Of a stretch of 64,000 nt of DNA, positions 48,959 to 59,139 are shown piece after piece. Numbering within the stretch: the first letter of the stretch is position 1; every line of letters starts with the position of its first letter. Made by a program: the position numbers and the translations under genes. The stretch is from Candidatus Heimdallarchaeota archaeon. GTDB taxonomy: Archaea > Asgardarchaeota > Heimdallarchaeia > Hodarchaeales > Hodarchaeaceae. Below the pieces are notes generated by a model. That model ran no database searches and was not told where the DNA came from. It saw nothing but the letters and a program-made list of their open reading frames with translations. The stretch spans positions 116,244 through 180,243 of the forward strand of contig RDOB01000006.1 in assembly GCA_011364965.1 (NCBI GenBank), in the 5' to 3' direction.

Positions 48959-51352
48959 ATGATTATATTTATACGGAAAGCATGGCGAGACGTAAAAAGC
49001 AAAAAGCTTCGTTCTATTCCTATTATTTTGGTCATAACTATTGGATGCATGATAACACTTATCTATTCAGCACTATATTTCAACTGGTTAGAGATAGAGG
49101 AAAGCTCTTGGATTGACCATAAATATCATCATTTGTTAATTACAACCAAAGAAATGGACAAATCAAATTTAACAGTGATAGTGAACCAAATAAAAGATGA
49201 TTTAAACGTTGAAATTGAATTTGAATTGCGAGAATTTCATGAATTGCAGGTAGCAAAATCGGGGGTGGAAACACAAGTTGCTACACATGTATTTGCGGTT
49301 AGGGAGGATGAATTGTTTGTGGATAAATTATATTACCATTCAGGATACTTAAATACTCTTCATGGATCATCAGAGCCTAATATAGCAGTAGTTGAAAAAT
49401 TAACTGCTGAGATGCAAGGATGGGAAATAAATAATGTACTAGAGGTATCTACTCCTTCAGGAATACTTAATTTAACAATTACTGCAATGGTTGATTCACC
49501 TGAATTTCTTATATCACCTGGAATCATCACTGAATTCTACGGAAGAGCTATGTGGGATGGCCCAGTGATTTGGTTGAAAAATCAAGATTGGAATAACCAC
49601 GAGAATAGCTCAAATCAAGCAAACCAAATCGCTTTCTACTTTAATGATCCTTCAATGGTGAATGATTATTTAGAAGAATTTTTGACCGTGATGAGTAGAG
49701 AATATGGATCTGAATCCGTAATTCAATATAGTGGTCGAAATCCGTTTTTATTAACAATTGCTCCGACATTTTCAGGATTGGCGTTAATTCTTTCTTTTGT
49801 ATTCGCAATGATAACTGGAATTATGTTATTCATTGTTTTAAAGCGAATTATCGAAGAGGAAATTACTACTTTAGGTATTTTCAAAGCTTTAGGATTTACT
49901 AATTGGGAAATCATTTCTAGTGCTATAATATTCACATGGGTATTAGGTCTACTGGGAGGATGCTTCGGAGTAATACTTGGGCTGATAGGGGGTTTAAATT
50001 TAGGAGACTTTTACATTGAATTAGCAGGAATTAAGCGTTTACCAAACGTGGCTCGAATTTCATCAGTGCTCTTGATAATCCCAGCACTAGGAATTTTCAG
50101 TTTAATTCTTTTCTTTGCAACAGTTGCGTCCTTAATTGCGTGTTGGCGAATCGTGAGAATGGCCCCAATAGATGCACTTCGGCCTCAAGCTTCTTTCAAA
50201 TCTTCTCGTTCAGTTACAATCGAGAAGCTGTTGTTAAAAGTGGTGAAACTCTCCCCATTGACGAAATTTTCAATTCGTTCTGTTTTTCAAGAGAAACGAA
50301 AGGCATCTTTCATAATTTTTGGCATTATTCTCGCAACGACCATCTCATTCTTTGGTTCGACTACAGGAATGAGTTTTGTTAATGGTATTGAAAAGCAATT
50401 TCAATTTTATCAAACTTGGGATGCACAAATTACTTTCAATAATCTTCAGAATTCAACGGAAATTGAAAAAATGCTTGAAAATCTCACATGGGATCACTAT
50501 GAAGCAATTGTTTTTGTTCCAATAAGATTGCAACTGGATATGGCTCAGAATTATGTTGTAACTGGATTGGAAACATCTACTCAGAGTCGGAATTTCGATA
50601 GAGGAGGTGTTCCTCATTATCAAAACGTTGTAATCTCAAAAGACTTAGCTATAAGGTTTAATCTCGCTCTGGGCAAGAATCTGACTTTATATGACGTACA
50701 TGGAAATGAAAGGGAATTGAAGGTTGAAAATGTTCTGGCAGAATTCACCGGTGGTGGTTTATATACTTCGATAGATACCGCACGATGGCTTTTAGGAATT
50801 ACTCACTCAGATTATGCTAATGGAATTTACATTCACTCCTCGAATACAAGCCAGATAGAAGACATATTACATGAAAATTCCAATATTCAAGAAATAGTCA
50901 TTAAATCAGTTCTTGAAAAATCAGTAAAGGATGCAATGACCCTAGGATTTGTCTTCATGTTGGTTGCAATGTCTGCAGGTTTAATTGTGGGAGTAGCTAT
51001 TACGGTTTCAGTGGTATCAATTTCTATTTCAGAAAGAAAATATGACTTTGCCAACTTCCGTGCATTAGGAGTCTCTAATCGCGAAATTTTTCTCACAATA
51101 TTGTTCGAATTAGTCATTACAAGTATCGTTGGTATTCTAATAGGATTTATTTCTGGTGCACTCTTATCGAATTTTATCTATGAATGGGCTGCGGAATTTG
51201 GGGTCATCCTTATTCTAGATATGACCTTCCTTGGTTTTAGCTTGATAATAATTAATATAACCTTAAGTATTATCTTCTCTGCCTATGTTTCACTCCGTTC
51301 CCTGTTTCGATCATCAATATCAGAGGAAACTCTAAGTCGTATTATTGGTTGA
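48959..51352 (+). CDS. ABC permease, duplicated FtsX/MacB type
   Basis: EITTLGIFKALG and ERKYDFANFRALG; two ectodomains. Confidence 0.9.
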   Translation: MIIFIRKAWRDVKSKKLRSIPIILVITIGCMITLIYSALYFNWLEIEESSWIDHKYHHLLITTKEMDKSNLTVIVNQIKDDLNVEIEFELREFHELQVAKSGVETQVATHVFAVREDELFVDKLYYHSGYLNTLHGSSEPNIAVVEKLTAEMQGWEINNVLEVSTPSGILNLTITAMVDSPEFLISPGIITEFYGRAMWDGPVIWLKNQDWNNHENSSNQANQIAFYFNDPSMVNDYLEEFLTVMSREYGSESVIQYSGRNPFLLTIAPTFSGLALILSFVFAMITGIMLFIVLKRIIEEEITTLGIFKALGFTNWEIISSAIIFTWVLGLLGGCFGVILGLIGGLNLGDFYIELAGIKRLPNVARISSVLLIIPALGIFSLILFFATVASLIACWRIVRMAPIDALRPQASFKSSRSVTIEKLLLKVVKLSPLTKFSIRSVFQEKRKASFIIFGIILATTISFFGSTTGMSFVNGIEKQFQFYQTWDAQITFNNLQNSTEIEKMLENLTWDHYEAIVFVPIRLQLDMAQNYVVTGLETSTQSRNFDRGGVPHYQNVVISKDLAIRFNLALGKNLTLYDVHGNERELKVENVLAEFTGGGLYTSIDTARWLLGITHSDYANGIYIHSSNTSQIEDILHENSNIQEIVIKSVLEKSVKDAMTLGFVFMLVAMSAGLIVGVAITVSVVSISISERKYDFANFRALGVSNREIFLTILFELVITSIVGILIGFISGALLSNFIYEWAAEFGVILILDMTFLGFSLIIINITLSIIFSAYVSLRSLFRSSISEETLSRIIG

Positions 51353-51408
51353 CACCAATAATATTTTTTTTCTCTTTTTTTAGAATTTCTACCTTTAAAA
51401 AATTTTAT

Positions 51409-52005
51409 TTATCCAAAAAATTTCTGGACGCAATTTGGACATAAATTGATGGAACCAAGTTCTTCACGATCTATTTTAAATCTATGAACATTACACATTA
51501 AATTTCTACAAGCAAAACAGACGGTTTGAGCTTTTTTAGAACGACAAAAAAAACAATAATTTTTATCAATAGAAGATCTTGTTCCAATTAGTGAAGACAG
51601 TAGTGATTCTATTGAGTTAATTAGATCTTTCGAATTTAAGGTATCTAGGCTTTTTCGCAATGTATTCCAATTTTCCAGATTTAAATTTCGATCTGACCAA
51701 ATCCTTAATTGTTCTACTAACTCTTTTTTGCCATCTTGAGCTTCAATCAGTCTTTCGGGAAAAATATTTACCATGGGAATTATGAATGTATGAGTTCTTC
51801 CATCTAGAAGGAGAGAAACTTCCTGAATTAAACCTGCGTTTATCATACCTTCTAAGTGATGATTTAAACTTGCTCGCTTTAAATCAAATTTTATGGAGAG
51901 ATCATTTTTTGAGACGAATTGCAATTTTGAAATAAATTGGAATAATTCCCTCCTTTTTTCATTATTTAAAGCTTCAAAAATAACAGAATAGTCATTGAGC
52001 TCCAT
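51409..52005 (-). CDS. ArsR-like wHTH protein with C-terminal B-box-like zinc finger
   Basis: FEALNNEKRRELF..RASLNHHL; CFFC-x8-CFAC-x4-CNVH-x14-CPNC. Confidence 0.8.
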   Translation of the reverse strand: MELNDYSVIFEALNNEKRRELFQFISKLQFVSKNDLSIKFDLKRASLNHHLEGMINAGLIQEVSLLLDGRTHTFIIPMVNIFPERLIEAQDGKKELVEQLRIWSDRNLNLENWNTLRKSLDTLNSKDLINSIESLLSSLIGTRSSIDKNYCFFCRSKKAQTVCFACRNLMCNVHRFKIDREELGSINLCPNCVQKFFG

Positions 52006-52063
52006 AATATTTCTGATTCCATTTTCAACATATTCAAACTAAAAAACTTCAAGACCCACAGGT

Positions 52064-53878
52064 TTAAATAAATATTTTTCTTTTCCTTAAGAATGATATC
52101 AATCCAATAATAAGCAAGAATAGTTCTATTGATAAAAATGGAGACATTTGAGATGATGGAATCGTGTTGGTCAATGTTATTGACGTACTTAGAGTTTCTG
52201 ATGTATTTGTTCCTTCATATATCAATTTATATATTTGTCCTGAATGAGTGACCACTAATTCTTGATTTTGATTCTCTATTAGACCATCATTATCTATTCC
52301 TATATTGTTTTCAGCTAATAAAAATGGTTGCTCTCTTGATAATGGCCAAACCTGCAGATCATCATTTCTACAAACAATAATTCCATCTTCGATCGAACTA
52401 TATCCTAAATTAGGTTCTACCATATAATCAGCTTCAATAAAGGTAGTGAATTGAATCTCTGCCAGATTTGACCCATTTGGAATTTTATATAGGATATTAG
52501 CTTTTCTTTCTAGAAGAAAAATATTTCCTCCATAATCTAGCGTGAATGATGTTCTGGTAATATTTTCTAACTCATAAGCCAATTCGTAATCCAACGGATT
52601 GTCAATAGGTATTCTCCATAATTGAGTATCCATCGAATCAGAAAACACTTCAATAGATATTATAAGTGCATGATTCAATTTATCATATTTCATCCCATGC
52701 AGAAATCCTTGTATATTTCCTTGAAACCAAACTGAAAATGCTCCATTTGATTCTAATTTATAAAGAGCTAATGTATCATTAATAATTCCGAAATATACTT
52801 CATTATATTTTGTTAATATTAAGCTATTACATTTTCCAGGTAGCTGTGAAGAAAACTCTACAACTTCTGTCCCAACTACTTCAAAAATATGATCTTCGAT
52901 CCCAAATAGAATTCTGCTATCATTTGTTTCAATTATTGCCCGTGTGTTAATAGTTGGTGTCAATAATTCTCCCTCTGCCTTTGTGAGGTCATATTTCACG
53001 ATGCAAGCTCCTCCACCAGCTGAACATAAAATAGCTTGATGCAATTCAGACCAAAAAATCGGACCAGTTCCATATTTAGCACTCATAACATTGATAAAAA
53101 TTTCTTGATCATATTTATTTAATCCTAGGGCATTTCCTTCTGCAGTATAATAATAAAGAGTTCCATTGGAGTCAACTGTTATTCCTATTCCTTCTCCTGT
53201 ACCTAGAATGCCAATATCAGCTACTAAAACAGCTGATACGTTACTTATAAGATTTAGCTGGTTAACCCTTCCCCTATAAGTTTCAGTATAATATAAAATC
53301 GTGTTATTTGGATGAATTGCTATCTGTGAACACCCCTGAATATGTTTTAAGATTGGTCCAAGCATATGTCCCGTTGCATTAAAATGATAGATAATTGAAT
53401 CATTAAACTCTGCTCCTACATAAATTGAATCGTCAGAGTTATCCACAGTTAAGGTACTAAACTGTACTTCAGGAGAATATTCTTGTAGAATTTCAAAAGT
53501 ACCACCCTCATTTAAGAAGTATAATAGATTACTACCTATCACTATTAGTCTATTGTGATTAGGTTGATAATGTATGGCATCGAAAGAGAAATTACCTGTT
53601 GAAACATAAATAGTGGTTTCTCCGTTAATATCTAATGATAAAATAGCTCCCGCAGCCTTATCTAATATTAATACATCATTTAAAGTTGCGCAAATGGAAA
53701 TAGGACCTAGAGGGTTCGTTTGGTAAATGGTTTCCCCTCTCCACCCCTCCTTTAAGTTTTTTACAGCTTTAATATAGCTATTAGAGCTCACAATTGTCGG
53801 TTGAACTACAAACGATGATATGCAAAACAAAATTACAGTAAAAGATAGGATTAAAGAAGACGTTGAATGATTATTCAT
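52064..53878 (-). CDS. Secreted beta-propeller (NHL/SMP-30-like) surface protein with C-terminal anchor
   Basis: Repeats such as GITVDSNGTLYY, LTVDNSDDSIYV, FTLDYGGNIFL; ends SPFL-TM-RKRK. Confidence 0.75.
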   Translation of the reverse strand: MNNHSTSSLILSFTVILFCISSFVVQPTIVSSNSYIKAVKNLKEGWRGETIYQTNPLGPISICATLNDVLILDKAAGAILSLDINGETTIYVSTGNFSFDAIHYQPNHNRLIVIGSNLLYFLNEGGTFEILQEYSPEVQFSTLTVDNSDDSIYVGAEFNDSIIYHFNATGHMLGPILKHIQGCSQIAIHPNNTILYYTETYRGRVNQLNLISNVSAVLVADIGILGTGEGIGITVDSNGTLYYYTAEGNALGLNKYDQEIFINVMSAKYGTGPIFWSELHQAILCSAGGGACIVKYDLTKAEGELLTPTINTRAIIETNDSRILFGIEDHIFEVVGTEVVEFSSQLPGKCNSLILTKYNEVYFGIINDTLALYKLESNGAFSVWFQGNIQGFLHGMKYDKLNHALIISIEVFSDSMDTQLWRIPIDNPLDYELAYELENITRTSFTLDYGGNIFLLERKANILYKIPNGSNLAEIQFTTFIEADYMVEPNLGYSSIEDGIIVCRNDDLQVWPLSREQPFLLAENNIGIDNDGLIENQNQELVVTHSGQIYKLIYEGTNTSETLSTSITLTNTIPSSQMSPFLSIELFLLIIGLISFLRKRKIFI

Positions 53879-53970
53879 AACTTTGAATCGCTTTTTAGAT
53901 ACTTTAAAAGTTCTCTCGATTTTGTTAATAATGAATGTTCGGCTCTCATTGTTTATAGTTAATAAGAAAC

Positions 53971-54429
53971 TTATTCACACTCAATTTTACCCAACATTCG
54001 TTCAATTTCTGCTATTTTCTTTTTCATATTCTCAAAACCCAAATTGTATCTCAAACTTAATCCCATAATAAAACTAGAAATCTCGATTTCAGTCATTCCT
54101 TTTGCAATCAATTCATATCCAAGATTCATTCTTATAAAACTCAAGGCTTGGCGTCCCTCTAAGGAATCCCTTTTTGAAAGATATTCATATAAGAGGCCCC
54201 CAATGTTATAACCCCACATTTTAGCAATATCATCAGGAGATCCCCCAACAAGAGCAATATTTTCTTCTGCTTGATCATAAGTGTCGTCTAGTTGTTCTTT
54301 AATATCTTTAGCAATTTTTTCGGGTATAAGCAAGCGTTTTTTCAGCTCATTGATTTTTCCAGCAAGTTCAACCAGTTCTTTTTTTGGTTCTTTTTTTGAT
54401 ATGTTATCTTTACTGTCTTCTAAGTCCAT
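53971..54429 (-). CDS. Hypothetical helical/coiled-coil protein
   Basis: 152-aa charged ORF, divergent from the histidine kinase. Confidence 0.6.
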   Translation of the reverse strand: MDLEDSKDNISKKEPKKELVELAGKINELKKRLLIPEKIAKDIKEQLDDTYDQAEENIALVGGSPDDIAKMWGYNIGGLLYEYLSKRDSLEGRQALSFIRMNLGYELIAKGMTEIEISSFIMGLSLRYNLGFENMKKKIAEIERMLGKIECE

Positions 54430-54575
54430 TAGATTCCCAGTCCATTTGCCTCAATATAATTCAAATAAAATGCAACTTGAACTTCTTAAAAATATACGGA
54501 AATTCAAAGAAATTTGCATATCTTTAAAGTGTAGGAGCTAGTATAATAATCAATTCAGAAGAAAGGCGAATATAT

Positions 54576-56240
54576 TTGGATTTACGTGAGATATTAGGCA
54601 AATATAATCTCCCCTTAAATGTAGCTAATTCTTTACAAAAGGAATTAGAAATTTTACTCTATTCGTGCAAAAGAGAAATTGAAGCGGAAATACAAATCAG
54701 CTTAGAAATGCTAAGAAACACTTTCAATGCAATGCCTGACCCCGCTGCGATATGGGAGAGAACAATTGACGGAAAAATTGTTCTAAAAGATATCAATACT
54801 TCTTTTAAAGACGTAACCCAAGGTCGAATGTCAGAGAACATTGGAAAAACTCCCCAAGAGATTTATGGCTCTGATTCTCAAGTTGTTAAGCGACTTGAAT
54901 ATGTGATGAAATCAGGATTACCCATGACTGATGGGAATTTTCATAAAGGACGTTTCACAACACCTGGACGGTATTTCCTTGTTGAATCAATAAAAATTTT
55001 AGAGGATCATGTTTTATCCATTGCAAGGGATTATACTGAGGATATACGGATTGAGGAAGAGCTCCTCAGGAGTAATGAACGATTTCGTGCTTTATTTGAA
55101 TATTCGCCAGTTGGATTGTTCGAGGAGGATTATTCAAAAATCAAGAAATTTCTCAAGAAGCTTCACGTAGAGGGAGTTGAAGATATCAATGGTTATTTGC
55201 AGGTAAATTCGCATATTATTCCTAAACTGATAAACTCTATACGGATCTTAGACATGAATAAAGCTGCAATCGAACTTTATAAGGGGAAGAAGAAAACAGA
55301 TATCTTGGAACGATTATATCGTTACCCTTCACCAAGAGCTCATTCAGCTTTCTTAAAGGAACTAAATTTCCTTTGGAACGGACTTTTAAATTTCACATAT
55401 GAATCATCACTCCAAACTGTGGATGGAGACATAATCCATACTGTTATCGGTTTCACAATTGTCCCAGGTTATGAAAAATCATGGGAAAAAGTGCTAATTT
55501 CCATTTCTGATATTAGTAAAAGAATAGAGGCTGAGAAAGTAAGAAAGGAATTAGAAAAGCGTAGGGATAACTTTGTATGGATGACATCACATGAATTAAG
55601 GACACCGCTGACTGTTGTGATAGGTTATTGTGATTTTCTCACAAAACACATTGATAATATTCAATCTGAACAGAGAGCTAAAATACTTGATATAGTTAAA
55701 CGTAACCTCCAGCGTTTAGAACGATTCATAAATGATGTTACCATTTTAACCAAAATCGATCAAGGAATACTCAAAATACAAACAGAAGATGTTGACATTT
55801 GTCAGCTTCTATGGGATACATTGAGTCTTTATCAACACTTAATAGAGGATCGTATTTCTACAAATATATGTCAATCAGATGAAAAAGTTGTTCTTCAAGT
55901 CGATCGTGAACGAATCCAGCAAGTGATTCTTAATGTCCTTGAGAACGCAATAAAAAATTCTCCTAAAGAAAAAACTCTAATTGATGTCTCTCTTTCTATA
56001 TTGTCGGATAAAATTATCATCAAAATTTCTGATTCAGGAGCTGGAATCGCCAAAGAAAATTTAGAGAGAATTTTTGAACAATTTGTTTCTATTCCTACGG
56101 AGTTTTCATCAGGAGGGACTGGTATTGGACTTCATCTATGTAGAGAAATACTGGATGCTCATAATGGATCTATTTCTGCTGATTCCCCTGGAATAGGAAA
56201 AGGATCATCCTTTACAATAATATTGCCTCGAGGAGAATGA
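54576..56240 (+). CDS. Cytoplasmic PAS-domain sensor histidine kinase
   Basis: Two PAS regions; H-box SHELRTPL, N-box NVLENAIKN, DSGAG, GGTGIGL, GKGSSF. Confidence 0.95.
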   Translation: MDLREILGKYNLPLNVANSLQKELEILLYSCKREIEAEIQISLEMLRNTFNAMPDPAAIWERTIDGKIVLKDINTSFKDVTQGRMSENIGKTPQEIYGSDSQVVKRLEYVMKSGLPMTDGNFHKGRFTTPGRYFLVESIKILEDHVLSIARDYTEDIRIEEELLRSNERFRALFEYSPVGLFEEDYSKIKKFLKKLHVEGVEDINGYLQVNSHIIPKLINSIRILDMNKAAIELYKGKKKTDILERLYRYPSPRAHSAFLKELNFLWNGLLNFTYESSLQTVDGDIIHTVIGFTIVPGYEKSWEKVLISISDISKRIEAEKVRKELEKRRDNFVWMTSHELRTPLTVVIGYCDFLTKHIDNIQSEQRAKILDIVKRNLQRLERFINDVTILTKIDQGILKIQTEDVDICQLLWDTLSLYQHLIEDRISTNICQSDEKVVLQVDRERIQQVILNVLENAIKNSPKEKTLIDVSLSILSDKIIIKISDSGAGIAKENLERIFEQFVSIPTEFSSGGTGIGLHLCREILDAHNGSISADSPGIGKGSSFTIILPRGE

Positions 56241-56241
56241 T

Positions 56242-56862
56242 TTATTCTTTCGGATGATTTCTTGGTAAAATATAATGATGAATACATCTAGGTTCATATC
56301 TTTCGGTTTGTCCACTTCCCTCAATTAAAACTAAAGGACTATCATAATTTGCAGGTTCATTATTAATTAAACGTTGAGTAAGAGTGGCTATTCTGGAACA
56401 ATCTTTGTATTCGCAAATTGCTGTCAATTTCGTAATCTCATGAGCCCTTCCCACTAAATATGGCATTGGACCAAAAGGTTCTGCTTTAAAACTCAACAAC
56501 AATCCACTAATAATAAGATGGTAATCATTTCTTAACAGATTGTCAACGATTTCAACTAATTTTATATCAAAAAATTGAGCTTCATCAATTCCGATTATCT
56601 GGAACTGTGTGCCTTTATTTTCCATTAAATATCTTATAATGTCCTCGGGACGGTTTTCATCAATAACAAAGGCATTTAGAGTTATATCATGAGCTCTAGT
56701 AGCTATTCCTGGTTCCCGCACATTTACTGCAGGTTTAAAGATAAGTGTTTTACATTTTGAATGTGCTAATTTTTTGAATCGATTGATAAATTGTTCACTC
56801 TTTCCAGATTTCATGCATCCAAAAATTACTTCAAGATAACCAGGTTTATAGACAGAAGACAT
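56242..56862 (-). CDS. tdk: Thymidine kinase
   Basis: GCMKSGKS, IGIDEAQF, LTAIC, TQRL, YEPRC. Confidence 0.95.
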   Translation of the reverse strand: MSSVYKPGYLEVIFGCMKSGKSEQFINRFKKLAHSKCKTLIFKPAVNVREPGIATRAHDITLNAFVIDENRPEDIIRYLMENKGTQFQIIGIDEAQFFDIKLVEIVDNLLRNDYHLIISGLLLSFKAEPFGPMPYLVGRAHEITKLTAICEYKDCSRIATLTQRLINNEPANYDSPLVLIEGSGQTERYEPRCIHHYILPRNHPKE

Positions 56863-57003
56863 TTATAATAAGATCTCCTCAAACAGATTCCTGTAGTTCA
56901 ACTTGCTAGAGAATTACCACATATTTAGTTAATTCGTTTTTATAGAATTTTAATTTAGAAAACTTCTCCAAAAAATCCCCTCAAGACCAAAACCGAGAAA
57001 GAT

Positions 57004-57023
57004 AAAGGAGATTAATCTCCTTT
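57004..57023. terminator. Perfect 20-bp palindrome just downstream of the M32 gene; possible terminator or protein-binding site
   Basis: AAAGGAGATTAATCTCCTTT, 6 bp from the stop codon. Confidence 0.4.
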
Positions 57024-57029
57024 TTTTGT

Positions 57030-58556
57030 CTAAAAGCCATATAGAGAGGAATATTTCTCTTCAAGATAGTTTAGGAAATACTTAGGGGAAAGTTCTTCTC
57101 TTGTAATCTTTTTAATTAACGCAGGAGGATCATATCTATTGCCATATCTATGAACATTTTTCACAAGCCAGTCAAAAATAGGTTTTGAATTTCCAGTTCG
57201 AATTAATTCTTTATAATCTGAGAGTTCTTTTTTCATTGTCGCTTGCATTTGAGCTGAGTACATATTACCTAATGCATAGGTTGGAAAGTATCCAAATCCA
57301 CCTCCTGCCCAGTGAGTGTCCTGCATGACTCCTTCTGCGTCGTGCTCGATATCTACGCCTAAATATTCCTTATATTTTTGATTCCAAATTTGAGGGAGCT
57401 CTTCAGTTGTTATCTTTCCACTTAGTAATTCCTGTTCCACCTCAAAGCGTATAATAACATGCAAGCAATAGGTGACTTCATCACTGGTAACACGAATTTT
57501 GGATGGTTCGACAACATTGACTGCATGAAGCATCGATTCAAGAGAGACATCAGAGAATATATCACCTGTTATTTCTTTAAATTTAGGAAAAAAATGCTCC
57601 CAAAACTCGTGGCTTCGACCTATTAAATTTTCCATCCAGCGGGACTGTGATTCATGAAATCCAAGAGAACAATATGTCCCAACTGGCTGATAAATATATT
57701 CTTTGGGCATGTTTTGGTTGTATATACCGTGTCCACCTTCATGCATAACTGAGTAAAGTGAATTAGTAAAATCTGTTTCATAAAAATGAGTTGTTATCCT
57801 AACATCGTCATAAAAACCTGTTGTGAAAGGGTGTTCTGTTGTATCAATTCGACCTCTCTCAAGATCATAAAAAACCTCCTTTGCTGCCTCAATTGCTAAT
57901 TTCTCTTGAATAATGATAGGAATTTTTCTGCTTAAGATGCTTTTATCTGGTTGGTTTGGAGAGTTCATACATTTCTTAATAAGCGGAATTAAACCCTCTT
58001 TGAGCTCTTTAAAAAGCACATCTACCATTTCTGAAGTCATACCAGGCTCGTATTCATCTAGAAGGACATCAAAGGGGCTTTTGTCTGGATCAAGATAATT
58101 AGCTCTTTTAACTGATAAATTGAGAATTTTATCTAATTCGGGTTTAAAAATCTCGTGATAAGCGTTATTATTAGTCGGTGCTTTAGCTTTTGCCTTTTTC
58201 CATGCTTGCACTGCGATTGTACTTTGTTTTGCAATTTCAGCAACTAAATCTGCAGGGACTTTTATTTCTCTTGTAGATTCTCGTTCCACCAAGTATACAT
58301 TACGTTTTTCTATTTCATTTAATGAATCGTAAGCTGAATCTTCTTTTATCAGCTTTAATAGTTCTCCAATTCTTGAGCAAGTTGTTTTCTCGTGGATTTT
58401 TGTAGCTAAATAACCGAATTGTTCTGATCGTTGTTGTACCGATTTTGATGGAATATAGGTTTCAAAATCCCAATATAATATGCTACGAATATTATTAAGC
58501 ATTATAACTTCTTTAGAATGTTCCATTAGTTCGTTATAGGCTTCTGCTAGATTCAT
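57030..58556 (-). CDS. Carboxypeptidase, family M32
   Basis: HPF, DVRITT, HEGGH, HESQSR, IRVTSDE, QDTHW, GYFPTYALG. Confidence 0.96.
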   Translation of the reverse strand: MNLAEAYNELMEHSKEVIMLNNIRSILYWDFETYIPSKSVQQRSEQFGYLATKIHEKTTCSRIGELLKLIKEDSAYDSLNEIEKRNVYLVERESTREIKVPADLVAEIAKQSTIAVQAWKKAKAKAPTNNNAYHEIFKPELDKILNLSVKRANYLDPDKSPFDVLLDEYEPGMTSEMVDVLFKELKEGLIPLIKKCMNSPNQPDKSILSRKIPIIIQEKLAIEAAKEVFYDLERGRIDTTEHPFTTGFYDDVRITTHFYETDFTNSLYSVMHEGGHGIYNQNMPKEYIYQPVGTYCSLGFHESQSRWMENLIGRSHEFWEHFFPKFKEITGDIFSDVSLESMLHAVNVVEPSKIRVTSDEVTYCLHVIIRFEVEQELLSGKITTEELPQIWNQKYKEYLGVDIEHDAEGVMQDTHWAGGGFGYFPTYALGNMYSAQMQATMKKELSDYKELIRTGNSKPIFDWLVKNVHRYGNRYDPPALIKKITREELSPKYFLNYLEEKYSSLYGF

Positions 58557-58764
58557 CTGGTTTTCCTCATAATCTAAAAAATTGGCAATTAATGTTTAAA
58601 ACAGAGGTGAGTATTTGGCAGGAGTATTATCTCATTTTTGTAGAAAGTAATTAGAAATTTCCTTATTATAGCAAGTATGAATCACAAAATCTTGGAGCTT
58701 TTTCCTTTAAATTTAGAAAATATTAAAAATTAGGAAGATTCAGTAAATCAGGTAGGTAATTGAT

Positions 58765-59064
58765 ATGAAATATTTGAAGATCAAATTGATATCTAAATTC
58801 GGTCGATGTCCTCACAATGTTGGGGATGAATGGGAGATTCCATATGCATTAATGAAGCCAGATGGTCTATGCGATGATGCACATTATTCCATGGTTCCTT
58901 ATCTCTCTATGGCTGCTTCAGGAGGAAAATCTTGGGAAAAAGATGGAGTTTGGAAAATTCATTGTCCTTCAAAATCAGGGGTTGTCTTCGAAATCATACC
59001 AATAATCGAAAAAGATCACGAATGGCCTGTAGATATGTCTTGGGCGAATCCAAAGAAGAAATAG
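58765..59064 (+). CDS. TIGR04076-like small Cys protein
   Basis: GRCPHNVGDEW, GLCDDAHYSM, IHCP..VVFEI. Confidence 0.7.
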   Translation: MKYLKIKLISKFGRCPHNVGDEWEIPYALMKPDGLCDDAHYSMVPYLSMAASGGKSWEKDGVWKIHCPSKSGVVFEIIPIIEKDHEWPVDMSWANPKKK

Positions 59065-59139
59065 AAGTAATATTAATGATAACGTATCTGAATAACGCTT
59101 AAAATGGCTTACGAATTTGATTATAAAATGTAATAATAA

